In this document: piece after piece, positions 43,439 to 52,298 of the stretch
Layout: each line of letters opens with the position of its first letter
Numbering within the stretch: the first letter of the stretch is position 1
Virus record (IMG/VR): IMGVR_UViG_3300017973_000002
Span: 1-56,042 of that record
Strand: one strand, 5' to 3'
From: a virus
DNA: 56,042 bases
The notes under the pieces: generated by a model
Told to the model about the DNA's origin: nothing
The model's database searches: none
What the model saw: the letters and a program-made list of their open reading frames with translations, nothing else
Program-made: the position numbers and the translations under genes

Positions 43439-44602
43439 TTATGATTCTGTAATTCCAGTCATTTGGAAGTTTCCTTTTGGTTTTGAACAACCAATGTCAC
43501 TGTAACGTACAAGAGTTGCTTCCCAAACAGCTTGATTACTTACACGGTTAAGAACTGAACCGTCAGAATCTAACCATGACCAGTCCTCAATGTGGTAAAG
43601 TTTCCAAGTCGTTAAATCTAAGCCGTATAATGAGCCACTTGGACAATATTTATCTACTACGAAAGGAATCCCATTATAGGAAATTGCTTCGTATCCGCCT
43701 TCTAGTTTCATAACATCAGTGATACGTTTTTGTGCAAGCATTAAGTTTTGGTATGCACGTCTTACACCGTAACTTGACATTAAGAAGTTAGTTTTACCGC
43801 CTGCTTTACGCTCTGTTTCGTCAATTTGCTTTTGAATCGCAACTTCTGAAATAGAACCAACAGCCGATTGAATTTGTGGGTTGAACCACTTGTTATTTGC
43901 ACGGTTGATACCGTATAACGTGTTATCTGGTGTAAATACTGCTTTCATACCAGTTAATTCAAGTCCATAAGAACCAGAAACTACTACTAAGTCAGTTGCG
44001 CCAGTTGTGATTGCGCTACCAGAGATCGTAATAGAGTTTGCTACATCATCTACTGATAAGATTTCACGAGCAGAAGTATTTACTACACCACCGCTTGTAG
44101 TGAAATCTACAATCATACCTTCTGCAAGGTACAATACATCATTTACTAGAATAGTATTTGTTGCTGTACCATTCGCTTTACATACTGTTAATGTTCCAGT
44201 TCCATCACCGAAACATTGACGAGCCATGTTGTCTTTAGCATCTGCTTGTGCATCTTCTAAATCTGCTTCAAGTAATGAAATGAACGCACCGTCTTTTGAA
44301 CGAGAAGCCTTCATTGTTTTATCAGAAACTTGAATCCTAGCAAAAATGTTCTTAGTATCCCATTTAGCTTGCTTTGTTTTACGTGAGTTCGGGCTTGGTA
44401 GAATACCATCGTCTGCTCTGTTACCCACGCCACCGTTACGACCGTAACGTAAAGCCATACGAATCTCTGAACCTACAACACTTGTAGAATCACGTTCGAT
44501 AACTGAAAGGATTGGGTTAGCTGTATTTAATTGGTACTGTAATCCCGGTAAATAAAATAGTTTTAGAGCTTCGCTTGCTGAAGCCATATTTAATTGAGCC
44601 AT
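43439..44602 (-). CDS. Major capsid protein (HK97-fold inferred)
   Basis: 387 aa. Position after the scaffold gene. AAGGAGAG RBS. Followed by an attenuator typical of a highly expressed coat gene. Confidence 0.8.
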   Translation of the reverse strand: MAQLNMASASEALKLFYLPGLQYQLNTANPILSVIERDSTSVVGSEIRMALRYGRNGGVGNRADDGILPSPNSRKTKQAKWDTKNIFARIQVSDKTMKASRSKDGAFISLLEADLEDAQADAKDNMARQCFGDGTGTLTVCKANGTATNTILVNDVLYLAEGMIVDFTTSGGVVNTSAREILSVDDVANSITISGSAITTGATDLVVVSGSYGLELTGMKAVFTPDNTLYGINRANNKWFNPQIQSAVGSISEVAIQKQIDETERKAGGKTNFLMSSYGVRRAYQNLMLAQKRITDVMKLEGGYEAISYNGIPFVVDKYCPSGSLYGLDLTTWKLYHIEDWSWLDSDGSVLNRVSNQAVWEATLVRYSDIGCSKPKGNFQMTGITES

Positions 44603-44688
44603 GTTTTCACTCTCCTTATAAAGTAAAATCTCATCTTAACCTCACTATAAAGTGATTAAACCCCTTAATTTACGCAATAATTGGTAAA

Positions 44689-45570
44689 TTATAGACCTAA
44701 ACTCTTACGGTATAGCTTACTTGCTTCACCAATTGAACGAGGTTTATGTTCTTGCGCTAATGGTTGACTAGCGCCACTTTGATTACTTAAAACAACTGGT
44801 GGTTGCTGTGAAACTTTCCCTTGTAAGTATTGGTCAATAATTTGTTGTTGGATTTGTGGATTATTCAGTACATATTGATTTAAAAAGTTTGGATCATTCA
44901 CTAATTGTTGTGGTTGTGGTGCAGGAGCAACGGCACTACGTCCACGAGCCATTAAATAAACGTTCTCAAGTCCAATGCGTTCTGTTTCAGCTTCACCAAG
45001 TTCATTAACTAATTGTTGTACTTGCGGAATGGAATTATAGAAGTCTTGACCGTATTTATTCGCTACGCCTTGCACCTCATTTTGGTATTGACGTTCTTTA
45101 ATGATTGGGTCAACACCTTTGCGCGCTTCTTCAATCGCTTGCAATTTTAAATCATTGAAAAATTCAGATGGATTTTCGTAAAACTTTTCCATCATCTTTT
45201 CATTTTGTTCTTCAACCGATAATTGTGGTTCATTAACAACTGGTTGAGCCATTTGTTGTTGAAGTTGTGCCATTTGTTGTTGCAACATTTGGTTTTGTTG
45301 CATAATCATAGCCATTTCTGGACTGAATTGTGGCTGTTGTTGTTGATAAGGCGACTGGTAAGGTTCAGTAGTTGGAGCAATTTGTGTTCCTTCTACTTCA
45401 TTTGTTGTGAAAGGTTCAGTTACAACTGGTTCTTGTGGTTCAGTCGTATCAACCGTTAATGGATTTACCGCATCTGCACCTAGAAATTGGATTTCTTCAT
45501 CTGGGTTGTAACCCCCACGGAATACAAAATCCTCATCTTCTGCGAATAACTGTAAATTAAGTTTTAACAT
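44689..45570 (-). CDS. Scaffolding protein
   Basis: MLKLNLQLFAEDED N-terminus. Acidic and Q-rich helical composition. Lies between the portal and capsid genes. Confidence 0.7.
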   Translation of the reverse strand: MLKLNLQLFAEDEDFVFRGGYNPDEEIQFLGADAVNPLTVDTTEPQEPVVTEPFTTNEVEGTQIAPTTEPYQSPYQQQQPQFSPEMAMIMQQNQMLQQQMAQLQQQMAQPVVNEPQLSVEEQNEKMMEKFYENPSEFFNDLKLQAIEEARKGVDPIIKERQYQNEVQGVANKYGQDFYNSIPQVQQLVNELGEAETERIGLENVYLMARGRSAVAPAPQPQQLVNDPNFLNQYVLNNPQIQQQIIDQYLQGKVSQQPPVVLSNQSGASQPLAQEHKPRSIGEASKLYRKSLGL

Positions 45571-45587
45571 CGTTTATTACCCCTTTT

Positions 45588-47582
45588 TTAGTTAGTTGGT
45601 TGTTTCTGTGCCATTTGTTGCTGTTGCATTTGCGCCATCATTTGTTGTTGTTGCATTTGCGCTTGATACATCTGGTGTTGCTGAACATGTTGTTCAAATA
45701 TTTGAGCGATCATCTGCCCCTGCGGTGTCATTAATAATTGTTCGTAATCGGCCGATAATCGGAATTCATTGTGTTCTTCAATATGAATATCATGGTCGTC
45801 AAAAGGTTGGAACATTGGCATTTGACCTTGTTTCATCATGCGATTCTCACGTTTCGCTCTAGTTTCATGCAAGGTGTAATCATCATCAATTCCAAATTCC
45901 CAGTGACCCACTTCGATAAGTTCAAGAATCTTCTTCGCACCTTCACGACTGTAAGGGTTGGTTTCGAATTTATTGAATATTCCAGTATTAATTAAGTCGA
46001 ATACCATCTGTCTACGTTGTGCAGGTGTTTCTGCAAGCGCTGAACTGTTTTCGATAATTACATCATCACTATTTAAGTCGCTTGCGTGCCACGTCATAAT
46101 ATCAACGTCACGTCCATAACATTGAACCATGCGTTGTTCACTTGCGAACTGACGGTATAAACGTAACCATTGTTTAGCAACTTGCACCATTGCATCTGCA
46201 ATACGTGAAGCTGTCATCGAAATTCTTGTATCATCTTGTTCATTAGCGATCCCAAGAGCAACCCCAGATTTAACTCCAGAAGGCGCTTCACTGAACCTCG
46301 ATAATTCAGACACACCACTCACGGCCGTAAATTCTGCAAGTAACGTTTGTGATTCACTCTCAAAAGAAGAAGGAAGTGAAGGGAATACAACTGGTTCTGG
46401 TTTCCCAACTCCACTGTTATAACGAATTCGATTAGCAGGACTGTTATTTAGTTCGCTATCATCATCTAAACTTCCAATTGGTTCGTACCACTGACCCACG
46501 GCAACTAGGTTCAAATACTCTGCTTTACGGTTACGGAGCGCATTATATCGTCTTTGAATTGGAATACAACGCTCTGCAATCGACTGACCCCAAAATACAT
46601 TAGGTAATTCGATAGAAGGAATACGTACAAATGGGAAGTCACGTTTTCCGTCCTCACCATTTGCATAAGGAAGGTCGCCCGCATAGAGAACTTTATCGCT
46701 TGCAACAACGATAAATCGTCCATTAGGGTATGATTTTGATTCACGCTCGTAATATTCTTTCACGATGGCGTGATCCTTTAGTCTTTCATTCTTTGTTTTG
46801 TACCCACCTGCGTTGTAACTCATTCCAGATAGGCCAGAACTAGATTGAAGGGCAAAACTATCAACTGATTCTGAATTAACGGCTACACCATACATATCCT
46901 CAATGTCACGAATATGGTAAGCACGAGCATGAATAACCGAACGACATTCCTCTAAATTGTTTCGGTTTGAATTATCTGGGTAGATTTCGTAAGGACTAAC
47001 AACACTTACTTCAATATCTCCCTCAAATATTTCAACCTCTTGTTGAGAAGGGAATAAAAATCCATCAACTTGTTGTTGTGTTGTTTGAACCATCGTTCCA
47101 AGTGAACGTCCTTTGCCACTATGCCAAACATTTTTAATAAAAGCTGTTCCGCAATGTTCTAGCCAAGTTATAACGTCACTGTATTTATCACTCATTTTCT
47201 CGTCATGCCACTTGCTAGTAAGTACCATTGTAGAAACTTTGCTTGCTTGTTCATCGCTATCTTCATTAGAAGCAGGTCGTGTTTTCATAATTGGCTTTTG
47301 TCTAGTCAATCGAGCGATCCTTGTTTCTATGATGGTAGCAATCTGGTTAAATACTTCACGTTCTTGCCACCAGTATAGCTTCGGAACTTCCTCAATCTTA
47401 CGAAGCTGTGTATTAATGTTGAGGAATTGGTTTCCTTTAATCATTTCAGTATTCAATCGCCACTGTAATTCATAAGGAATACGTTCACTTTGTCTACGTC
47501 TGTATTCATTGTTGACGAAATCAGCATATTCTTCTACATAATTCAGACCTTCACCATCGAGTTTCACGTTTTGAACGTCCAT
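45588..47582 (-). CDS. Portal protein with a Q/M-rich C-terminal tail
   Basis: 664 aa. Position after the terminase region. GGGGGTGAG RBS. C-terminus QAQMQQQQMMAQMQQQQMAQKQ. Confidence 0.8.
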   Translation of the reverse strand: MDVQNVKLDGEGLNYVEEYADFVNNEYRRRQSERIPYELQWRLNTEMIKGNQFLNINTQLRKIEEVPKLYWWQEREVFNQIATIIETRIARLTRQKPIMKTRPASNEDSDEQASKVSTMVLTSKWHDEKMSDKYSDVITWLEHCGTAFIKNVWHSGKGRSLGTMVQTTQQQVDGFLFPSQQEVEIFEGDIEVSVVSPYEIYPDNSNRNNLEECRSVIHARAYHIRDIEDMYGVAVNSESVDSFALQSSSGLSGMSYNAGGYKTKNERLKDHAIVKEYYERESKSYPNGRFIVVASDKVLYAGDLPYANGEDGKRDFPFVRIPSIELPNVFWGQSIAERCIPIQRRYNALRNRKAEYLNLVAVGQWYEPIGSLDDDSELNNSPANRIRYNSGVGKPEPVVFPSLPSSFESESQTLLAEFTAVSGVSELSRFSEAPSGVKSGVALGIANEQDDTRISMTASRIADAMVQVAKQWLRLYRQFASEQRMVQCYGRDVDIMTWHASDLNSDDVIIENSSALAETPAQRRQMVFDLINTGIFNKFETNPYSREGAKKILELIEVGHWEFGIDDDYTLHETRAKRENRMMKQGQMPMFQPFDDHDIHIEEHNEFRLSADYEQLLMTPQGQMIAQIFEQHVQQHQMYQAQMQQQQMMAQMQQQQMAQKQPTN

Positions 47583-47587
47583 TTAAC

Positions 47588-47845
47588 TCACCCCCAGTCA
47601 TCATCTTCATTGTTTAATTGATAGGCCACTGCCATTCGTTTTTCGAGAAAGTTATCAGTGGTCGCCTTCTTAGGTGAATTCACTTCTAATCGTTCCTCAT
47701 TGAGCCTATTAAACAATGTTTCAATTAACTTACGATTCCGTTCTGCTTGATTCTCATACGCTTTTAAACAGTCACGATATAAAGAAATTAAGAAGCCATT
47801 AACCGATAGTAATAGCACCGTTACAACAATGATTGAAGTCGTCAT
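47588..47845 (-). CDS. Small membrane-anchored protein (85 aa)
   Basis: Track ORF. N-terminal hydrophobic helix. ATG overlaps the upstream stop. Confidence 0.6.
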   Translation of the reverse strand: MTTSIIVVTVLLLSVNGFLISLYRDCLKAYENQAERNRKLIETLFNRLNEERLEVNSPKKATTDNFLEKRMAVAYQLNNEDDDWG

Positions 47846-48294
47846 TCTTCATCACTAGCTGTATCAACTATTTCATTAATCGCTTCATGGAGTTCAGCTT
47901 TATTCATGCGACTGTATCCTTTAATGTCTAGTTGTCTTGCTAACGATCTTAAATCCTCAACTGTCATTGGTTCGAGGTCTAATGTTTCACCATCATCTAA
48001 CCCAACTGGAATGACAATTACATCTTCAACTGTTGGAACATTCACAATTGGAATGTGCTGTGTAATGGTCACATCTGCTAAATTGTAGTGAGCCTTAACA
48101 AATTCCAATAATTCTTCTGGTAAGTTCGTCAAAATTTCATGCGCTTCTTTTTCCGTGATGTTATATTTCTTAATTGGTGAACCATCTTCTAGTCCGATTT
48201 GGTACTTTGCTACACCACTTGAATTAAATACATCACTCGTACACCAATCGTGCGCAAGGTGTATCGTCACTAAACTTCTATAATTGCGTGTCAT
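47842..48294 (-). CDS. Protein with a C-terminal Rho_N/SAP-like domain
   Basis: LRSLARQLDIKGYSRMNKAELHEAINE. AAGGAGG RBS. Confidence 0.7.
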   Translation of the reverse strand: MTRNYRSLVTIHLAHDWCTSDVFNSSGVAKYQIGLEDGSPIKKYNITEKEAHEILTNLPEELLEFVKAHYNLADVTITQHIPIVNVPTVEDVIVIPVGLDDGETLDLEPMTVEDLRSLARQLDIKGYSRMNKAELHEAINEIVDTASDEE

Positions 48295-48534
48295 GATTAA
48301 TCCTCCTTATTCGCTTTGTTCATGTTCCTATATGAAACACAAACAAAGAGAACGCTAGATTTTTAGGTACTAGCGTAACCCCCTCGAACACGTCCTTAAC
48401 AGCATGAGGTCAACTGAGAAAGGAGTATCTACTACCCTATTAGAATTGACCGTCTAAAGGGAAACGCCACGAAATATACGTGTAGAATGGTATTTCAGTA
48501 GATATACGGCAGGACATGTGTGTTTACATTTAGT

Positions 48535-48924
48535 TTAAATCGTATAAACCTTCTCATTTCTGCAACTTAGCACAGGAACACTAACAACTTCTTCTTTTGT
48601 ATCAACAAAATAAAAGTCATTCGTAGCGAATGGATCATACGAGATTTCACGTTTCCTTTTATCATCAACAACCTTTTGACAGTGGCGCAATGTACCTTCG
48701 GCAAACGCATGAACATTACGGCTACCAGTCTTTTTAACTCTTGCTCTTGCACCATTTTGGACACGGAACGTCACGTTATCTAGTACAATGAAATGCGAAT
48801 AACCTAGCACTAACTGTGTCTTCTTATCTCTTATAGAGAAGAAGCCATTGTGTAAGTTTCGATAGACTTGAACGAGTTGGCCATGTTCTACTGTTCTATT
48901 TTCACGAGGGTAGAACATCACCAA
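48535..48924 (-). CDS. Hypothetical protein (129 aa)
   Basis: Track ORF in the late block. Confidence 0.65.
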   Translation of the reverse strand: MVMFYPRENRTVEHGQLVQVYRNLHNGFFSIRDKKTQLVLGYSHFIVLDNVTFRVQNGARARVKKTGSRNVHAFAEGTLRHCQKVVDDKRKREISYDPFATNDFYFVDTKEEVVSVPVLSCRNEKVYTI

Positions 48925-49208
48925 GCCTCTTTGATAAGATAATGTTCAACAAGGTATCGTTCTTCTTGGCGATGATACCCAATGTATTTATCTAGTTCGT
49001 TCAATCCATGAACTAATGCGTAATACTCACCAATTGTTTCATCAAATTCTTTTGGATCGACACATGCTGACGTTCCTACAATTTCAAACCCATTATTAAG
49101 GGTTAGTAAAGCAACCGTTGTTTTTTCGCCCATTTTTTTAAATTCTGTTGTATTAACGTGTTTCCCATATAATTCCTCTTGATATTTACTTAATTTCATA
49201 TCACTCAT
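48918..49208 (-). CDS. Gp49-like protein (N4 gp49 / Sf6 gp66 family)
   Basis: TTVALLTLNNGFEIVGTSACVDPKEFDETIG matches my recollection of that family's core. Confidence 0.6.
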   Translation of the reverse strand: MSDMKLSKYQEELYGKHVNTTEFKKMGEKTTVALLTLNNGFEIVGTSACVDPKEFDETIGEYYALVHGLNELDKYIGYHRQEERYLVEHYLIKEAW

Positions 49209-49368
49209 ACCCCTTACAATTCGTTGTTATTTGAAGCTGTGCATCACAATTTTCACCAGTGCAATACCATAAGCCAACAATACCTTCTTCACACTCACAC
49301 CCAGTTACTTCATCGCATGTAAAGTCGCCAATCCAACCTAATTGAGATTCACATATTGGACATTTCAT
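49201..49368 (-). CDS. Zinc-ribbon mini-protein (55 aa)
   Basis: ATG 49368 behind AAGGAGA. CPIC...C..C.C...C...C. Below the track cutoff. Confidence 0.5.
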   Translation of the reverse strand: MKCPICESQLGWIGDFTCDEVTGCECEEGIVGLWYCTGENCDAQLQITTNCKGYE

Positions 49369-49380
49369 TTAACATTCTCC

Positions 49381-50784
49381 TTATACCAATCGCTGTCGGT
49401 TCTTTTTAAGCGACTGAATGAGTTTTTGTTTATGCAAGTAGATAACGCTCTGTTGTTCTGCTGTTGGTTTAGATTTCATTGGCCTGCTCATATGGAAATA
49501 TCGAATACTCTCGGCACAATGATCCTCTTGTCTGTCTGCAATATCTTCACGCTTCTTTTCATCTCTAACTAAATAAGGAAGGGTGCGCACAAGATTTACG
49601 CAAGTGCTGAATATCTGCCAATTCGGTAAACCGTCTGCTTGGTCTTGCATTTCTTCTGCTACACGTTGCCAACCGATAACACGGCTATTGTCTGCTCGAA
49701 TTAATGGAATACCTTCCTCTAAGAACACCTCGGCTATGTTTTTACCGATTATCTTACCGTCCTTAACAGCTTGTAGTCCTCGTGTCTGCCACATATCAGG
49801 AGAAGCAACTGTATATTGAATGTCTTCTGGAACTTCATTTCCGTTATCATCTATCATTACTGACATTCGGTTAATCATCTTAGCAACATCAGAAGCCATT
49901 GTTTCATTAACATACAGTTCTCGATACGTGTATGAGCGCCCATCTTGGTCAACTGCGTGCCAGTAAACTGCGCAATGATCCTTAAATCCCCAGTCAATAC
50001 TTCTATAACGTTTCCAATGACTAGGAACTTCGAAAGGAGCAACCACATGTTTCTTTCTATCCCAGTTCGAGAAGTATTGTCCTTGTAGTGAATCCCAATC
50101 TCCATATAGAAAGGCTCTCTTTTCATCTTCTGGTAGGTTCTCAAGACGTTTGACATAGTTAGGGTCATTCTTCATTAGAATCTCATTGTCATACACGGTA
50201 GCAGGAATAAACTCAACTCGATTACCAGTTAATTCATCAATTACAATTTTTTCACCGTAGTTAGTTCGTTCTATATAATTCGTTTTCACCCAACCAAAAC
50301 CCACACCGTTTGGGTTACACGTTGCTTTAAACTTGGTCTTAAATCCTTTCGGACTTCGCAAACATGAGAGAAGAACTTGAATTGACCGTTCCTCGTGCTT
50401 GGTCAGTTCATCAACTCCAATGAAGTCGATACTCCTACCTTGATACTTATTGGCATCTTGCCAATTGGCGATGTAACGGAAGTAAACCTTTGTACCATTT
50501 TTAAGAGTAGCGATGTGCTTTCCTTCATTGTAGGAATATAAATCTTCTGGCCACTTAGCTTTCATTTCTGCAATTAAGTTAGCTTCGAGATCATCATACG
50601 TTTCCCTAAAAAGATAGATAGTTGCACCATTATTTTTAAGACCGTAGGCCAATGCCTCCATCATTAAGGCACATGACTTACCGCCACCCTTTGCGCCACC
50701 ATATAACACTTCTTCACAATTGGAAGAATGAAATAATGCTTGCTTTTTATTTGCGGTATATTCAACATCAACTTCTTTTTCCAT
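49381..50784 (-). CDS. terL: Terminase large subunit
   Basis: Walker A GGAKGGGKS, Walker B-like IDFIGVDE, C-terminal nuclease-sized domain. AAAGGAG RBS. Confidence 0.9.
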   Translation of the reverse strand: MEKEVDVEYTANKKQALFHSSNCEEVLYGGAKGGGKSCALMMEALAYGLKNNGATIYLFRETYDDLEANLIAEMKAKWPEDLYSYNEGKHIATLKNGTKVYFRYIANWQDANKYQGRSIDFIGVDELTKHEERSIQVLLSCLRSPKGFKTKFKATCNPNGVGFGWVKTNYIERTNYGEKIVIDELTGNRVEFIPATVYDNEILMKNDPNYVKRLENLPEDEKRAFLYGDWDSLQGQYFSNWDRKKHVVAPFEVPSHWKRYRSIDWGFKDHCAVYWHAVDQDGRSYTYRELYVNETMASDVAKMINRMSVMIDDNGNEVPEDIQYTVASPDMWQTRGLQAVKDGKIIGKNIAEVFLEEGIPLIRADNSRVIGWQRVAEEMQDQADGLPNWQIFSTCVNLVRTLPYLVRDEKKREDIADRQEDHCAESIRYFHMSRPMKSKPTAEQQSVIYLHKQKLIQSLKKNRQRLV

Positions 50785-50884
50785 TGGTCGGAACTCCTTT
50801 CAGAATAATTGGAAAATTTTAGGCTGCGGAATTTATATCGTCCTCTTTTTTAAAGAGAATACGAAAAAGAAAAGGGCATAACCC

Positions 50885-51349
50885 CTATTCTTCTGAAGGT
50901 CTTGGAATATTGAAATTAACTCTGATATTTCCAGTTTGTTCTGATTCCACTTTGTCGGTGAACATCTTCAAATACTTACCTAATAGTTCGAGGGATTTAT
51001 TTGCGCCAGCGCTATCAAATTTCCATTCGCCCGATTCTACCCACTCACCATCGACTTTTATCATCACTGGTACACGTTGCATACAGCGTTCAACGTTCTC
51101 TTGCAAACGATCAAGTACCCATTGGGCGGTTATTCCAGATTGTTCAGCTATTTTTCTTTGTTTTTCTTCAATCGCTTGCTTGACATTAACATTTGACAAC
51201 AATCGTGAAGCGCTAGTATTAGCAACTTTGTCATTACTAGCTGAATAGCCTGCTCTTTTATATGCTTGCGTTCCGTTCATATCAATGCAATATTCCTCTA
51301 CGAAACGTTGTTGTTTCGGGGTTAGTTGTTCAAAAGCTGATTTACTCAT
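50885..51349 (-). CDS. terS: Terminase small subunit (Terminase_2-like)
   Basis: LTPKQQRFVEEYCIDMNGTQAYKRAGYS signature. AAGGAGGAAT RBS. First gene of the late block. Confidence 0.85.
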   Translation of the reverse strand: MSKSAFEQLTPKQQRFVEEYCIDMNGTQAYKRAGYSASNDKVANTSASRLLSNVNVKQAIEEKQRKIAEQSGITAQWVLDRLQENVERCMQRVPVMIKVDGEWVESGEWKFDSAGANKSLELLGKYLKMFTDKVESEQTGNIRVNFNIPRPSEE

Positions 51350-51478
51350 ATATTAATTCCTCCTTAAATTGATAAGGTCTTGGTAAGGTTTTGCTATGGT
51401 TCTGCTAAGGTCAGTATACAAAGCAAGAACTATTTGATTTTCGCAATTAAGAATCGTTCGACAAATTAGATAGTATAC

Positions 51479-51507
51479 TTGCATACATCTATACGTATAG
51501 ATATAAT
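51479..51507 (+). promoter_or_regulatory. Consensus sigma-A early promoter (TTGCAT-N17-TATAAT) with palindromic operator CTATACGTATAG in the spacer
   Basis: TTGCAT 51479..51484, TATAAT 51502..51507, perfect 12-bp palindrome 51489..51500. Two further GTATAC palindromes at 51414..51419 and 51473..51478. Confidence 0.75.
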
Positions 51508-51540
51508 GAAGGTAATCAAATAGAAAAGGGTGTGTTGTTA

Positions 51541-51783
51541 ATGGACGAACAATTAACGAAAACAGATTTAAAAAAGGTTCTTAAAATGTTTAAGGAAATT
51601 ACTTTAAATGATGTAGATATGGAAGAATTCGCAAGTGAACTTATGGAAAAGTCTGAAACGCATTATGAAAAGGATAGAGAAGAAAAAGGGGAGCGTTATC
51701 AAGAAGTTGGTGAAGCATTTCAAGAATTAGCAGAAGCCTTTCAGAACTTATATGGATTACTTGAAGACCATTTGCACGATTAA
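51541..51783 (+). CDS. Highly acidic 80-aa first early protein
   Basis: ATG 51541 behind AAAAGGG. By my count about 23 D/E versus about 10 K/R. EAFQELAEAFQNL internal repeat. Confidence 0.7.
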   Translation: MDEQLTKTDLKKVLKMFKEITLNDVDMEEFASELMEKSETHYEKDREEKGERYQEVGEAFQELAEAFQNLYGLLEDHLHD

Positions 51784-51792
51784 ATATTACAA

Positions 51793-51835
51793 GCCGATTG
51801 GGTTGAGGTCTGGTCGGCAAAGGATTATTTAATCC
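51793..51835 (+). promoter_or_regulatory. Intergenic module A: GC hairpin plus palindrome GGATTATTTAATCC
   Basis: Hairpin GCCGA...TCGGC 51793..51818. Palindrome 51822..51835, 12-13 nt before the GGTGTGTG SD element. Confidence 0.6.
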
Positions 51836-51858
51836 AATATGCCAAAGGGGTGTGTGTA

Positions 51859-52080
51859 ATGGGGAATTTAAAAACGGTTATTAACTTTATGCAACGTAAC
51901 GATCCTAACGGTGACTGGAAACAGCTTCTAAAGGAATATCAGCAAGGCGATGTAACTCTTGAATTTCTACTTTGTGTCTGTGATGAAACTCTTACAGCTT
52001 GGCATAACGAATCTGGCGATGATGAATACTTATCAGTTCTTGTAACTTTACACAAGGCAGAAAAGGAACTGGTGAGTTAA
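51859..52080 (+). CDS. Hypothetical early protein (73 aa)
   Basis: ATG 51859, AAAGGGG RBS. The track start is an upstream GTG inside the GT tract. Confidence 0.65.
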   Translation: MGNLKTVINFMQRNDPNGDWKQLLKEYQQGDVTLEFLLCVCDETLTAWHNESGDDEYLSVLVTLHKAEKELVS

Positions 52081-52224
52081 ATGAAAAACTGGTCAATTGA
52101 AAAAAGAGTAATGGATAACATACTTCGTAAAATGCACAAACAGTGGCGAAAGCATTTCGATACGCAAGAAGATTATATGAAGTGGCAAAGAAAGAACTTC
52201 GCTAAGTTTCTTAATATGGATTGA
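52081..52224 (+). CDS. Hypothetical basic early protein (47 aa)
   Basis: ATG abuts the preceding TAA (GGTGAGTTAAATG). Below the track cutoff. Confidence 0.45.
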   Translation: MKNWSIEKRVMDNILRKMHKQWRKHFDTQEDYMKWQRKNFAKFLNMD

Positions 52225-52236
52225 ATAATCCTAACG

Positions 52237-52280
52237 CCTATCAACTTCGGTTGGTAGGTGATACATGGATTGTTAAATCC
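52237..52280 (+). promoter_or_regulatory. Intergenic module B: hairpin CCTATCAAC-TTCG-GTTGGTAGG plus palindrome GGATTGTTAAATCC
   Basis: Hairpin 52237..52258. Palindrome 52267..52280. Confidence 0.6.
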
Positions 52281-52298
52281 TAATCTTAGTGAAGGTGT

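Noticed and set aside
48295-48534. tRNA in the GC-richer late-operon gap (minus-strand GTGTTCGAGGGGG resembles a T-loop)
   Set aside because: No complementary T-stem, acceptor stem or anticodon arm can be drawn around it.
51489-51500. CGTATA elements (also at 13829..13834 and 48474..48508) as -10 boxes of ECF-type (SigW-like TGAAAC-N16-CGTATA) promoters for the phage sigma factor
   Set aside because: No AAC-type -35 lies at the required 16-17-nt spacing at any site. The elements fit better as operator half-sites.
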